Below, piece by piece: positions 1 to 11,067 of a stretch of 64,000 nt of DNA. The notes beneath the pieces were generated by a model. The model was not told the origin of the DNA and searched no databases. It saw only the letters and a program-made list of their open reading frames with translations. Made by a program: the position numbers and the translations under genes. Numbering within the stretch: the stretch's first letter is position 1; every line of letters begins with the position of its first letter. Source of the DNA: Alphaproteobacteria bacterium (GTDB lineage Bacteria; Pseudomonadota; Alphaproteobacteria; UBA828). The DNA is taken from assembly GCA_965237415.1 (NCBI GenBank), contig CBDEFM010000002.1, positions 1,568,001 through 1,632,000 of the forward strand. The letters are read 5' to 3'.

Positions 1-17
1 TTGAGGGGCAGGATCGA

Positions 18-752
18 ATGGATGGACACACCGCAACGACGCTGGCCGACAGGGCGGCACAGGTAGTCGGCGAGGAGATACTCTCCGGCCGCCTCGCAGC
101 CGGTTCGCGTCTCCACATACGACAGTTGGCCGAGCGGACAGGCATCGGGCCGACACCCTTGCGGGAGGGTCTCTCGCGGCTCCTCTCGCGCGGTCTCGTC
201 GTTGCGGTGGAACAGCGGGGCTTCCGTGTCGCACCGATGAGCCGGGCCGATCTGGAAGACATCCTCAAGACACGTGCCGCGCTGGAGACGGAAGCGCTCC
301 GCCTGTCGATCGCGAACGGGGACGACCGTTGGGAAGCAGAGGTGGTCGCGTCCCTGCATCGGCTGGTCCGCTTCCTCGAGCGGGTTCCCCGGGATGCGCG
401 CGCCGTCGCCGGCGAATTGGACAAACGTCACAAGGCCTTCCACACCTCGCTGATCGCGGCGTGCGGATCGACCCGCATGATCGATCTCCATAGTGTCCTG
501 CACGATCAGGGGTATCGATATCGCCACAAGATGGTGGCGTCTTTCGATCCGCTGGCGATCGCCGAGGAGCATCGCCAGCTGGCCGCCATCGTTCTGGACC
601 GCGACGCGGAAACGGCGGTCGACGCCTATCGCGACCATCTTCAACTCCTGGTCGCGGGGACCTATCCCGACGCGGACCCACGCGACACGGCTGCTCCCGG
701 GACTGCATCGGCCCCGGCAGCGGGTCCGCCACGCTGCGGCCCGACCTCTTGA
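18..752 (+). CDS. GntR family transcriptional regulator (FCD domain)
   Basis: N-terminal wHTH (ILSGRLAAGSRL..LAERTGIGPTPLREGLSRL), FCD-type C-terminus (HKAFHTSLIAACGS, EHRQL). Confidence 0.9.
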   Translation: MDGHTATTLADRAAQVVGEEILSGRLAAGSRLHIRQLAERTGIGPTPLREGLSRLLSRGLVVAVEQRGFRVAPMSRADLEDILKTRAALETEALRLSIANGDDRWEAEVVASLHRLVRFLERVPRDARAVAGELDKRHKAFHTSLIAACGSTRMIDLHSVLHDQGYRYRHKMVASFDPLAIAEEHRQLAAIVLDRDAETAVDAYRDHLQLLVAGTYPDADPRDTAAPGTASAPAAGPPRCGPTS

Positions 753-774
753 CCAGCCAAGGAGTATTCTGCCG

Positions 775-1755
775 GTGAAGCTCGCAACATACCGTTCGCA
801 CGATGAGCTGCGCGTCGGCGTCGTGATCGACGAGGAGACCCGCATTCTCGATCTCGGGCGCGCTGCCGAAGCCGGAGGCGGCAATCCCGATACGTTTCGC
901 ACGATGCTCGATCTCGTAGACGCCGGGCCTGCCGGATTGGATTCAGCCGCAAGCCTGGTGGCACGATACGCTGAAGAAAGCGCTCTCACCGTGTCGATCG
1001 ATGACATCGTACTCGAGGCGCCCCTGCCGGTGCCGCGCCAGATCCGCGACTTTTCCGTGTTCCCCGGTCACATCCGGCAGGCGCCGGTCGGTATGCGCAA
1101 GCTGCAGGCCCGGATGGCGGGGCAACCGATCCCCGATCTGCAGGCCGCCGATTCAGTACCGGAGATCTACCAGTCCCAGCCGATCTACTACCTGTCGAAC
1201 CGCTTCAGCGTTGCCGGGCCGGACGCGACGGTGATTTGGCCGGGCTACAGCCGTTTCATGGATTTCGAGCTCGAGCTGGCCGCCGTCATCGGGCGGGCCG
1301 GCAAGAACATCGGCGCGGCCGAGGCCGCCGGCCACATATTCGGATACACGATCTACAACGATTTCTCCGCCAGGGACGCCCAGCTGATCGAAATGCAAGG
1401 CTTCCTCGGCCCAGCGAAAGGCAAGAGTTTCGATGGCGGCAACGTCATCGGCCCGTGGATCGTCACGTCGGACGAGATCGCCGATCCCAACAGCCTCGAG
1501 ATGCGTGCCCGGGTGAACGGTGCGCTGTGGTCGCAAGGCAGCACCGCCGACATGCTCCACAGCTTCGAGGACATGCTCGCATTCGTCTCACGGGACGAAA
1601 CCATTCACGCCGGCGAGATATTCGGCTCCGGCACCATCGGCAACGGGTGCGGACTCGAACAAAACCGCTATCTGGAAGACGGCGACCTCGTTGAACTCGA
1701 AGTCGAGAATATCGGCGTGCTGCGGAACAGGGTGGTCCGGGCCGATCGACCCTGA
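775..1755 (+). CDS. Fumarylacetoacetate hydrolase family protein
   Basis: Motifs DFELELAAVIG, GYTIYNDFSARD, KGKSFD, GSGT; GTG start at 775 with AAGGAG RBS at 759-764. Confidence 0.9.
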   Translation: MKLATYRSHDELRVGVVIDEETRILDLGRAAEAGGGNPDTFRTMLDLVDAGPAGLDSAASLVARYAEESALTVSIDDIVLEAPLPVPRQIRDFSVFPGHIRQAPVGMRKLQARMAGQPIPDLQAADSVPEIYQSQPIYYLSNRFSVAGPDATVIWPGYSRFMDFELELAAVIGRAGKNIGAAEAAGHIFGYTIYNDFSARDAQLIEMQGFLGPAKGKSFDGGNVIGPWIVTSDEIADPNSLEMRARVNGALWSQGSTADMLHSFEDMLAFVSRDETIHAGEIFGSGTIGNGCGLEQNRYLEDGDLVELEVENIGVLRNRVVRADRP

Positions 1756-1860
1756 GCCGCAGCGGACTGTTGACCGGCGTCGAATGTTGAGCCCTTATAC
1801 TCACGCAATATCAACTCATTAGAGCGCCGATCGGCGTCGAATCGGCGCGCCGATCAATAG

Positions 1861-1965
1861 CCTGCCATGGTCCGCGAGCAAATGGAGCGATTCATGGCCG
1901 AGGTGGCGCCGGCTTTCGACCACGGCCCTGGGCGCTCAACGGCGGCCGAGGCGCGGATAACGTAA
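1861..1965 (+). pseudogene. Possible C-terminal remnant of an LLM-class (luciferase-like) oxidoreductase
   Basis: Translates PAMVREQMERFMAEVAPAFD..., resembling the last helix of LLM enzymes; no upstream part present. Confidence 0.35.
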
Positions 1966-2128
1966 GCGCGGGCAAGTACCGCAATCTCACCCCCGGGCTC
2001 GAACCGGGGTCCGGGGAGACCGGGAAACGCGCCTGGCGGTTTGGCATTTCGGCGGGTTGCTGCCTATATGGACGTTTGTCCGCCGAGCGCCCGATCCAGG
2101 GCATTCGGTGCGAGCGTTCCGGTCGGAA

Positions 2129-4039
2129 ATGAGTCGAGACGGCAGTTCCTCACACGGCGGCAGCTCCGACCGCGACCCGGCGACGGACATCAAGCCGCGC
2201 GCCTATGCCCGCGCCTATGCGGGCATGGAGGGGGGCGGCTCGGCGCCGGGCGATGCGGAGATCGTCTGGCGGATCGTCAGGATCGCGCTGCGCTACCGCG
2301 CCGGGATCGCGGTGGCGCTGCTGGCCACTCTGGCCGCGTCGGCCTTCCAGCTCGCGATTCCCGGCCTGGTCGGCGATGCGGTGGACGGCGCGCTCAGGCT
2401 GCTCGACGACGGCGCGGCGACGCCCGAGGCGGCGCGGGGGGCGCTCTACCACGCGGCGCTCCTGCTGCTCGGCGCCTCGATCCTGCGCGGGGTCTTCACC
2501 CTCGCCCACAACTATAGCGGCGAGGCGATCGGCCACCGCCTCGCCCACGACCTCCGCCTCACCTTCTACCAGAAGCTCCAGCGCCTCGGCTTCTCCTTCC
2601 ACGACCGGATCCACACCGGCGAGCTGATCACCCGCGGCATGCTCGACCTCGAAGGCGTGCGCACGCTGATCAACGCGGGGCTGCTGCGCGCGGTGCAGAT
2701 GGTTGTGCTGGTCAGCGCCGGCGCGGCGCTGCTGCTCACCACCGACACGGTCCTCGGGCTCTTGAGCCTGAGCTTCGTCCCCTATATCGCCTGGCGGTCG
2801 ACGACGACGCGGCTCCGGCTGCGCTATCTGTGGACCCTGTTTCAGGACCGGATGGCGGTGCTCGGCCGCATCATGGACGAGAACCTGACCGGCATAAGGG
2901 TGGTCCGCGCCTTCGGCGCCGAGCCGTTCGAGCTCGGCAAGTACGACGAGGCGGCGGCCGAGGCGCTGCTTCTGTCGTCGCGGCGCATCAATGTCCGCGT
3001 CGCCTCGACCACGGAGATGACATTTGCCTATTTCGTCTCCATGGGGCTGGTGCTCTGGGTCGGCGGCGAGCGGGTGATCGCGGGCACGATGACGCTCGGG
3101 ACGCTGACCGAGTTCCTCACCTTCATTACCATATTGCAGCTCCCGGTGCGCTCGCTCGGGCTGGTTGTGAATTCCTTCGCGCGGGGCACGTCCTGCGGCG
3201 CGCGGCTGTTCGCGGTGATCGATCTGGAGCCGACGATCCGCGATGCCCCGGACGCGCGCGAGCTCGCGGTGACCGAAGGCACGTTGCGCTTCGAGAATGT
3301 CAGCTTCGCCTATGACGAGGACGGCCCGCTCGCCCTCGACGGGGTCTCCTTCGAGGTCCGGCGCGGGCGGATGCTCGGCATCGTCGGCCCGCCGGGCAGC
3401 GGCAAGTCCACCATCACCCATCTGCTGCCCCGCTACTACGACGTAACCGGCGGGCGCATCGCCATCGACGGGCAGGACATAAGGGGCGTCACCCTCGACA
3501 GCCTGCGCCGCGCCGTCCGCGTGGTGCAGCAGGACCCGTTCCTGTTCACCGCCTCGATCGACAACAACATCGCCTATGGCGATCCGTGGACCGAGGAAGC
3601 CCCGATCCGCGACGCCGCCGGGCTGGCGCAGATCGACGGCTTCATCGGCCGCCTCGCCGAGGGCTACGAGACCCTGGTCGGCGAGCGCGGCGTGTCTCTG
3701 TCGGGCGGCCAGAAGCAGCGCGTGGCGATCGCGCGGACCGCGCTGCTCCACCCGGCGGTGCTGGTGTTCGACGACTCGACGGCGGCGATCGACGCGGCGA
3801 CCGAGAGCCAGATCCGCGAGGCGCTGGCGGAACGCGCCGAGGACACGGCGCGGATCGTCGTCTCGCACCGGCTCGCCGCGATCCGCGACGCCGACGAGAT
3901 CCTGGTGCTGGAAGCGGGGCGGGTGATCGAGCGCGGCACGCATGAGACCCTGATCGCCCGGGGCGGTAACTACGCCAGGATTTTTGCCCTGCAGGCCCGC
4001 GAAAGCCTCGACGGCGGATTGCAGGGGGCGGCGGAATGA
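2129..4039 (+). CDS. ABC exporter half-transporter (TMD+NBD), degenerate Walker B
   Basis: TM region, GPPGSGKST, LSGGQKQR, VFDDST (catalytic E replaced by D); start chosen at ATG 2129. Confidence 0.9.
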   Translation: MSRDGSSSHGGSSDRDPATDIKPRAYARAYAGMEGGGSAPGDAEIVWRIVRIALRYRAGIAVALLATLAASAFQLAIPGLVGDAVDGALRLLDDGAATPEAARGALYHAALLLLGASILRGVFTLAHNYSGEAIGHRLAHDLRLTFYQKLQRLGFSFHDRIHTGELITRGMLDLEGVRTLINAGLLRAVQMVVLVSAGAALLLTTDTVLGLLSLSFVPYIAWRSTTTRLRLRYLWTLFQDRMAVLGRIMDENLTGIRVVRAFGAEPFELGKYDEAAAEALLLSSRRINVRVASTTEMTFAYFVSMGLVLWVGGERVIAGTMTLGTLTEFLTFITILQLPVRSLGLVVNSFARGTSCGARLFAVIDLEPTIRDAPDARELAVTEGTLRFENVSFAYDEDGPLALDGVSFEVRRGRMLGIVGPPGSGKSTITHLLPRYYDVTGGRIAIDGQDIRGVTLDSLRRAVRVVQQDPFLFTASIDNNIAYGDPWTEEAPIRDAAGLAQIDGFIGRLAEGYETLVGERGVSLSGGQKQRVAIARTALLHPAVLVFDDSTAAIDAATESQIREALAERAEDTARIVVSHRLAAIRDADEILVLEAGRVIERGTHETLIARGGNYARIFALQARESLDGGLQGAAE

Positions 4040-5910
4040 GCGCCGCCGTCGGATCGGCCCGGCCGCCGCGCGCCGTCGTCGGCTCGCAGATCAGCCGCGA
4101 CGAGGAGATATTCGGCGCCGCCTACGATCGCCGCGTGGCGAGCCGCTTCATGGCTTATGTCCGGCCCTATACGCGCTGGCTCCTGATCGCGCTCGGGGCG
4201 GTGCTGGTCTATACCGCGGCCCAGCTCCTGATCCCGCTGGTCATCCGCCACGCGATCGACGAGGCGATCCTCGCCGATGGCGGCGACGTCGTGCATCTGC
4301 AGCTCACCGCCGCCGTGTTCGGCGTGGTGATCCTGGTCAGCTACGCCGCCAGCTACCTCCAGGACCGCCTGGTCGGCCATATCGGCGAGCGGGTGATCTT
4401 CGATTTGCGCCGCGCCATGTTCGCCCATCTCCAGGAGGTGTCGCTCTCCTTCATGGACAAGACCGAGGTCGGGCGGATGATGTCCCGCCTGCAGGGCGAC
4501 GTGAACTCGCTGCAGGAATTCCTCGAAAACTCGGTTACCGCCTTCGGCGATCTGCTGCTGCTGGTGGGCATCGTTGTCATCATGCTGACGCTCAACCTGG
4601 AGCTCGGGCTGCTCACCCTGGTGCTGGTGCCGACGCTGGCGGTGGTCCGCATCGTCTGGCTGCCGCGGGCGAAGATCGCCTTCCGCCGCGCGCGCGAGAC
4701 CAACTCGATCGCCAACGGCGCGCTGGCCGAGGCGATCCACGCGGTGCGCACCGTCCAGGGCATGCGCCGCGAGGACGTCAATTTCCTGCTTTACGGCGAC
4801 AAGGCGGGCGAGAACCTCGACGCCCATCTGCGCGCGGCCAGATACGCCCAGGCGATGGTGCCGGTGGTCGACACCCTGACCGGGGCGGCGCTCGCCATCG
4901 TGGTGGTGCTGGGCGGCTCGCTGGTGCTCGACAGCGCGCTCGAAATCGGGGTGATGGTCGCCTTCCTGTTCTACGTCCAGCGCTTCTTCGACCCGATCCG
5001 CTCGCTCACCATCCAGTACAGCATCATGCAGCGCGCGATGGCGTCGGGGCAGCGCATCTTCGAGGTGCTCGACGTGGCGCTGGCGATCACCGACAAGCCG
5101 GACGCGCTGTTTCCCAAGCGGGTGCGGGGCGCGATCGATTTCGATTGCGTCACATTCGGCTACGCCCCCGGCCAGCCGGTGCTGCACGAGGTGAGCTTTT
5201 CGGTGGCGCCGGGCGAGACGGTGGCGCTGGTGGGTCCGACGGGCTCCGGCAAGACCAGCATCACCACCCTCCTCCACCGGTTCTACGATGTCTGGGAAGG
5301 ACGTATCTCGATCGACGGGCACGACGTCCGGGAATACGCCAAGGCGGCGCTCGGGCGGCACATCGCGATGGTCCTCCAGGACCCCTATCTGTTCACCGGC
5401 ACGGTGCTCGACAACATCCGCTTCTCCACCGACAAGGCGACCCGCGAGGACATCGAGCGCGCGGCCCGCGCGGTCGGCGCGCATGATTTCATCGTCCAGC
5501 TCGCCGACGGCTACGACACCGTCCTCGACCAGCAGGGGCGCAACCTCTCGCTCGGCCAGCGGCAGTTGCTGAGCTTCGCCCGCGCGCTGGTCGCCGACAC
5601 ACCGATCCTGATCCTCGACGAAGCGACCGCGAATATCGATTCCTACACCGAGCGCCAGATCCAGATCGCGCTGGCACGCCTGCTGGAGGGGCGCACCGGC
5701 ATCGTGATCGCCCACCGCCTCGCCACCGTGCGCGGCGCCGACCGCATCGTCGTCCTCAACGAGGGCCGGATCGTCGAGAGCGGCAACCACGAGGCGCTGA
5801 TCGAGGCCCAGGGCCTCTATGCCAGGCTGTACGCGTTCAACTACGCCTCGTTCGACGACATCCCCGACGATCTCGTCGCCCGGGTGTCGGGCGCGCGGGC
5901 GCGCACCTGA
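4036..5910 (+). CDS. ABC exporter half-transporter (TMD+NBD), partner subunit
   Basis: GPTGSGKTS, degenerate signature LSLGQRQ, ILDEAT, IAHR; ATGA overlap with previous gene, typical heterodimer. Confidence 0.9.
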   Translation: MSAAVGSARPPRAVVGSQISRDEEIFGAAYDRRVASRFMAYVRPYTRWLLIALGAVLVYTAAQLLIPLVIRHAIDEAILADGGDVVHLQLTAAVFGVVILVSYAASYLQDRLVGHIGERVIFDLRRAMFAHLQEVSLSFMDKTEVGRMMSRLQGDVNSLQEFLENSVTAFGDLLLLVGIVVIMLTLNLELGLLTLVLVPTLAVVRIVWLPRAKIAFRRARETNSIANGALAEAIHAVRTVQGMRREDVNFLLYGDKAGENLDAHLRAARYAQAMVPVVDTLTGAALAIVVVLGGSLVLDSALEIGVMVAFLFYVQRFFDPIRSLTIQYSIMQRAMASGQRIFEVLDVALAITDKPDALFPKRVRGAIDFDCVTFGYAPGQPVLHEVSFSVAPGETVALVGPTGSGKTSITTLLHRFYDVWEGRISIDGHDVREYAKAALGRHIAMVLQDPYLFTGTVLDNIRFSTDKATREDIERAARAVGAHDFIVQLADGYDTVLDQQGRNLSLGQRQLLSFARALVADTPILILDEATANIDSYTERQIQIALARLLEGRTGIVIAHRLATVRGADRIVVLNEGRIVESGNHEALIEAQGLYARLYAFNYASFDDIPDDLVARVSGARART

Positions 5911-6965
5911 TCCGGTGACCTCCTCCGACCGAACGCTCATCCGCCAGGGCTACGTGATCTACGCGTGTGCTCTGCACCGGGCTGGTGGCGAGCCAGTTCT
6001 TCCGGGTCTCCAACGCCGTCATCGCGCCCGAGCTGATGGTCGAGCTGGCGATCGGCACCGAGACCATGGGGGTGGTCAGCGGGACCTACTTCCTCGCCTT
6101 CGCGGCGATGCAGATCCCGGCCGGGATATTGCTCGACCGCTACGGCGCCAGGCGGATGGTGCCCGGGCTGTTCCTGCTCGCCGTCGCCGGCTCGCTGCTC
6201 TACGCCTGGGCGCAGAGCGGCCCGGAGCTGATCGCCGGTCGTGCCCTGGCATCGGCTGCGCGCTGGGGCTGATGGGCCCGATGGTGGTGATCGCCCGCTG
6301 GTTCGAGCGCGAACGCTACGCGAGGCTGATCTCGCTCCTCTTCACCATCGGCGGGCTCGGCGCGCTGATGGCCTCGACCCCGCTCGCCGCGGTGTCGGAG
6401 GCGATCGGCTGGCGCGGCGCGTTCCTGGCGATGGCGGCGGTCACCGGCGTCATCGCGATCCTGCTCTTCGTGGTCGTCCGCGACGCGCCGCCGGGCGCCG
6501 CCCCGGCGGAATCCGGGGTGGAGACCGCGGCCGAGATGTGGCGCGGGCTGGGCCGGGTGCTGGCGCTCCGCGATATGCGCTGGATCTGCGCCGTCCAGTT
6601 CGTGAGCTACGGCACGATGATCACCATCGTCGGGCTGTGGGCCGGCCCCTATCTCAACGATGTCCACGGGCTGCGCGGGGTCGACCGCGGCAACGCCTTG
6701 CTCGGCCTCAACATCGTGCTGTTGGGCTCGGTTCTGCTGTTCAGCCATGTCGAGCGCTGGCTCGATTCGCGCAAGACCGCGGTCCTGGGCGGCGGCTGCC
6801 TCGCGGTCGAGCTGCTGATCGTCCTCGCCCTGGTCCCCGGCCTCGGCCTCTGGGCCGCGCTCGGCCTGCTCGGCCTGTTCACTGTCGCCAGCGCGTTCTT
6901 CATGCTGATCCACGCGCATGCCCGCGCGATCCTGCCCGACCGGCTGATCGGCCGCGGTCTCACCC

Positions 6966-8357
6966 GAGCTATGGCCGAGAGTGGGTGACGGGCTGAGAGA
7001 AGGAGGTGGCGTATTGTGGGGGGTGACGAAGCCTCCCGGTCTCCAAGCAAGGAGTGATACGCCATGACGGAAGATAGTGTTGTCGCGCTGCACCATCCAG
7101 GGGTGACGGCCGATCCGCTGACCGAAGTACTCCGCGCCGGAGCTCGCGAGCTCCTGGCACAGGCCATTGAAGCGGAGGTTGCCGCCGTGCTGGCGGCGCA
7201 TGAACATCTGAAGACCGAAGACGGCCGCCGGCGCCTGGTGCGTCATGGCCACGGGCCGGAACGGGCGATCCTGACTGGCATTGGTCCTGTGTCTGTGCGG
7301 CGCCCGAAGGTCCGGGACCGTGGCAGCGTCGGAGGAGAGCGCATCCGTTTCACGTCGGCCATTCTGCCCCGTTTCGCGCGGCGGACGCGGTCGCTGGATG
7401 CGGTTTTGCCGACGCTCTACCTTCGTGGCGTGTCCAGCGGGGACTTCCAGGAGGCGCTGGAGGCGTTGCTCGGCAAGGACGCCTCTGGCTTGTCGGCGCA
7501 GGTGATCGGCCGCCTGAAGGCGGAGTGGGAGGCCGAGCACGAGCGCTGGTGCCGGCGCGACCTGTCGGCCCGACGCTACGTCTACATGTGGGCCGATGGC
7601 ATCCATCTCCAGGGTCGGCTGGAGGACGAGAAGCAATGCATTCTGGTCCTCATCGGCGCCACGCCGGAGGGACGCAAGGAACTCGTGGGCTTCCAGGCGG
7701 GGGTGCGCGAGAGCGCCCAGAGCTGGCGTGAGTTGCTGGCATGCCTGCGCGGGCGCGGGCTCACGATTGGTCCCGAGCTCGCCATCGGCGATGGCGCTCT
7801 GGGCTTCTGGAAGGCGCTGGAGGAGATCTTTCCCGACACCCGCCGCCAGCGCTGCTGGGTCCACAAGACAGCCAATGTCTTGAACAAGCTGCCGAAGTCG
7901 CGACAAACGGCCGCCGAAGCTGCCCTGCATGATATCTGGATGGCGGATGGCCGCGCCGAGGCCGAGAGGGCGATGAATACTTTCGCCGCCAAGTACGACG
8001 CCACATACCCCCAAGCCGTCGCCTGCTTGACAAAGGACCGCGACGCCTTGCTGGCCTTCTACGACTTCCCGGCCGAGCACTGGCGGCATATCAGGACGAC
8101 CAATCCAATCGAAAGCGTCTTCGCTACCGTCCGCCACCGCACCGTGCGCACCAAGGGCTGCTTGTCTCACGGGACAACTCTGGCCATGGTCTTCAAGCCG
8201 ATCACCACCGCCAGCAAGACCTGGCGGCGGCTCATGGGAAACAATCAGTTGCCCAAGGTCATCGAAGGTGTGAGATTCAAAGACGGTATGCAGATCGACG
8301 AAACCAAAACTCGCGCCGCCGCCTGATCACGCCGTCACCCAAAATCGGGCATAACTC
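6966..8357 (+). mobile_element. IS256 family insertion sequence
   Basis: Imperfect IRs gagctatggccgagagtgggtgacgg / ccgtcacccaaaatcgggcataactc; 9-bp target duplication gtctcaccc at 6957-6965 and 8358-8366. Confidence 0.93.
7064..8326 (+). CDS. IS256 family transposase
   Basis: YLRGVSSGDF, WADGI, IGDGALGFW, QRCWVHK, TTNPIESVF. Confidence 0.95.
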   Translation: MTEDSVVALHHPGVTADPLTEVLRAGARELLAQAIEAEVAAVLAAHEHLKTEDGRRRLVRHGHGPERAILTGIGPVSVRRPKVRDRGSVGGERIRFTSAILPRFARRTRSLDAVLPTLYLRGVSSGDFQEALEALLGKDASGLSAQVIGRLKAEWEAEHERWCRRDLSARRYVYMWADGIHLQGRLEDEKQCILVLIGATPEGRKELVGFQAGVRESAQSWRELLACLRGRGLTIGPELAIGDGALGFWKALEEIFPDTRRQRCWVHKTANVLNKLPKSRQTAAEAALHDIWMADGRAEAERAMNTFAAKYDATYPQAVACLTKDRDALLAFYDFPAEHWRHIRTTNPIESVFATVRHRTVRTKGCLSHGTTLAMVFKPITTASKTWRRLMGNNQLPKVIEGVRFKDGMQIDETKTRAAA

Positions 8358-9179
8358 GTCTCACCCTCCAGAACCTCTCGGTGATGCTCGGCGTGTTCGT
8401 GCTGCAGGCGATCGCCGGGGTGATCGTCGGCGCCTTCGCGCCCGAGGGCACCCGTCGCTAGCGGGGCCCTCGTGATTGAATTCCAGCGATTCCCGCATCC
8501 CCTCAACGCGCTCGGCACAGCCCGCCAGGATTCTTCGACAACATCATTGAGTGCAACGCCGCGGAGCGGGCTTCGCAGCCGCGCCGTCGACCGGGCACGG
8601 GCAGGTTGGGCATCTGTAGGTAATGGTTGGCTCAACCGAATCGGTCCTCGGCCGATAAGTATACGCTAACACACACGCTGATATGCGTTGACGCTGGAGC
8701 AGGGCTGTTCACGACGAGCTTACACCTCACTGCACACCGCGTAGAGAGCCATTTAGGCCACCGACGATATTCACGATGTTTCAGCTATTAGTGGCCGTCT
8801 TTGCGCTCAACTCGCGGACATTTTGTGTATTCGGCCCTTAGATATTCAACGTCTTCCTCCTCGGCTCCGTACGGGCCCGCGGTTCGCTCCGACCAGCCTC
8901 GACCGCAATGTGACGCTCAGGCCAGTCCGTGCTTTCCTTTATCAGCTCGCCCCGCTCCGACGCCGAGGGCCCGGCGATCTCGCCGTCTGAATCTCCAAAA
9001 TGGTGAGGGCGGGGTGCGCGAAGATGCGCACGACAAGGCGGCAGATTAGTTATCGTCCCAGCTACGGGGTTCTGAACCCAGAGTCCAACCACCCTGACCT
9101 TGAACGTCGGCCCCGTGCTCGGAACACGCGCGGAATGCACCTGCGTCCGATCTCCACCGAGCGGCGCGGCCATCCATTC

Positions 9180-9953
9180 TCACACCCAGCCACCGTCGGC
9201 TACGTAGTTCTGGTTTGTGCAGATACCGCTGTCGGCGGAAGCGAAAAACAACACCACTCGTGCCAGCTCTTCGGGCGTCAGTTTGCGCTTCAGGCACTGG
9301 CGGGCCAGCAGCTCCTTTTCGCCATCGGGCGTCAGCCACTTGTCGATCTGCCGTTGGGTCAATATCCAACCGGGAAGAACCGAGTTGACCCGGATGTTGG
9401 ACGGCCCCAAGTCGCGTGCCAGCGAACGTGTCAGCCCGGCCACGGCGGCCTTGGCAGCGGAGTAGCAGGGCATGCCGCCCTGGCCGATCATCCAGCTCAC
9501 CGACCCGATGTTGACGATAGAGCCGCCGCCTGCGGCCGCCATCGACCTGTGCACTGCCTGGACGGCAAAGAATTGGTGCCGCAGATTGATGGCGATGCGC
9601 TCATCGAAATATTCCGGCGTCACCTGGTCTATGGTGTGCCGATCGTCGTTCGCGGCGTTATTGACCAACACGGTAATCGCTCCGTCTGTAGCGATCGTCT
9701 GCTCGATGCTGACCTGCAGCGCCGCGATGTCCACAAGATCGCAATGCTGGTAGCGCGGCGGCACCAAGCCGCGGGCCTCGATTCTCGCGATCAGCGTTTG
9801 AGCGCTGGAATCGTCGATGTCGACGAAACTGACCTTCGCGCCCTGCTCGCAAAACTTTTCGGTGATCGCGCCGCCGATGCCCGAGGCTCCGCCGGTGATG
9901 AAGACCACCCGGTCCTTCAGGCTCGGATAGATGGCCTCCTGACTCTCGTTCAT
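9180..9953 (-). CDS. SDR sugar dehydrogenase (D-xylose 1-dehydrogenase XylB-like)
   Basis: AIYPSLK..ITGGASGIG, NNAANDDRH, YSAAK, QCLKRK; resembles Caulobacter XylB as recalled; RBS upstream of ATG 9953. Confidence 0.82.
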   Translation of the reverse strand: MNESQEAIYPSLKDRVVFITGGASGIGGAITEKFCEQGAKVSFVDIDDSSAQTLIARIEARGLVPPRYQHCDLVDIAALQVSIEQTIATDGAITVLVNNAANDDRHTIDQVTPEYFDERIAINLRHQFFAVQAVHRSMAAAGGGSIVNIGSVSWMIGQGGMPCYSAAKAAVAGLTRSLARDLGPSNIRVNSVLPGWILTQRQIDKWLTPDGEKELLARQCLKRKLTPEELARVVLFFASADSGICTNQNYVADGGWV

Positions 9954-10030
9954 TGCGGTTCTCCTCGGAAGCACAGCCAGACACCGCCACACCGGCGCGG
10001 CTCCACGTTGGGGGCCATTACGCCCATGCT

Positions 10031-11062
10031 CTAGCCGCCGTCAGCCTTGGCCGGCGCCGATCGCGTGCCGTCCCGCCGCCGCTTGCGGCCGCCACTCAAT
10101 CGCGTCTGCAAGAGAATGACGACGAAGAGAAAGGCGCCCCTGATGACAAGCTGCCAATAGGCACTCAGGCTGATTGTGCCGCGCCCGTTCTCGAAGTTCA
10201 GGATGTTGAAGAGCAGGCCAAGCAGCAATGCGCCGGCCACCGTCGCCGGAATCGATCCCAGGCCCCCTGTCAACAAGGTCCCGCCGACCACGACCGAGGC
10301 AATCGCTGCGAGTTCCCAGCCCAGCCCTTCCAGCGGCTGGCCCGCGCCGAAGCCGGAGGCCAGGATCACCCCTGCGAGACCCGCGCAGCCACCGCTGAAC
10401 AGATAGACGAATACCTTTGTACGGTTGACCCGCAGTCCCATCAGCGTCGAGGCTTCTTCGCTATCGCCGATCGCAAGCACCGTGCGTCCGAGCGAGGTCC
10501 GCTCCAGCACGCACCAGGCGCCCAGCGCCACCACGGCGGTGAGGACTATCGTCCACGGCAGTACGCCGAACGCGGTCTCCATGCCCAGCTTTGTGAAATT
10601 GCTGCCCCAGTCGATGCCGATGGTCTTGGCGCCGCTCAGCACCAGCGCGCCGCCCTTGGCGGCAAGCATGCCGGCCAGTGTGGCGATGAACGGCGGAACC
10701 CGCATGACGATGATGACGAAGGCATGGATTGCGCCGAAACCGAGACCGGCCAGCACTCCGCCGGGCAGAGCGACTTGCAGGCCATAGGGGCTGAGATAGG
10801 CCGCGACCACCGACGCGAAAGCAGCGACAGAGCCCACAGACAGGTCGATGCCGCCGGTCATGATCACGAAACACATGCCGATCGCGATCAGGATGAACAT
10901 CGAGTTGTAGTTGAGAAACGACGCGATGTTGTAGGCGCTTCCGAAGTTCTCGTACCGCAGCAGACCGAAAACGATGAGCGCCGCCAGCGCTATCCACACG
11001 CCGTTGGACCGAGCGTTTCCACGCAGATATTTCCTGAGGTCGAAGAGAGACGGGTTCGGCAC
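10031..11062 (-). CDS. Sugar ABC transporter permease (YjfF-like)
   Basis: GGIDLSVGS, PPFIATL, WELAAIASVVVGGTLLTGG; GTG start inferred. Confidence 0.88.
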   Translation of the reverse strand: MPNPSLFDLRKYLRGNARSNGVWIALAALIVFGLLRYENFGSAYNIASFLNYNSMFILIAIGMCFVIMTGGIDLSVGSVAAFASVVAAYLSPYGLQVALPGGVLAGLGFGAIHAFVIIVMRVPPFIATLAGMLAAKGGALVLSGAKTIGIDWGSNFTKLGMETAFGVLPWTIVLTAVVALGAWCVLERTSLGRTVLAIGDSEEASTLMGLRVNRTKVFVYLFSGGCAGLAGVILASGFGAGQPLEGLGWELAAIASVVVGGTLLTGGLGSIPATVAGALLLGLLFNILNFENGRGTISLSAYWQLVIRGAFLFVVILLQTRLSGGRKRRRDGTRSAPAKADGG

Positions 11063-11067
11063 GATCC

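Larger units (their letters stand above)
5915..8461 (+). pseudogene. MFS transporter pseudogene (frameshifts near 5965 and 6245; interrupted by IS256)
   Basis: MFS motif GILLDRYGARR in one frame, remaining TM helices in another; reading continues after the IS as GLTLQNLSVMLGVFVLQAIAGVIVGAF to stop at 8461. Confidence 0.8.

Noticed and set aside
8462-9179. 700-bp intergenic stretch with short ORFs
   Set aside because: No recognisable coding, RNA or repeat signal.
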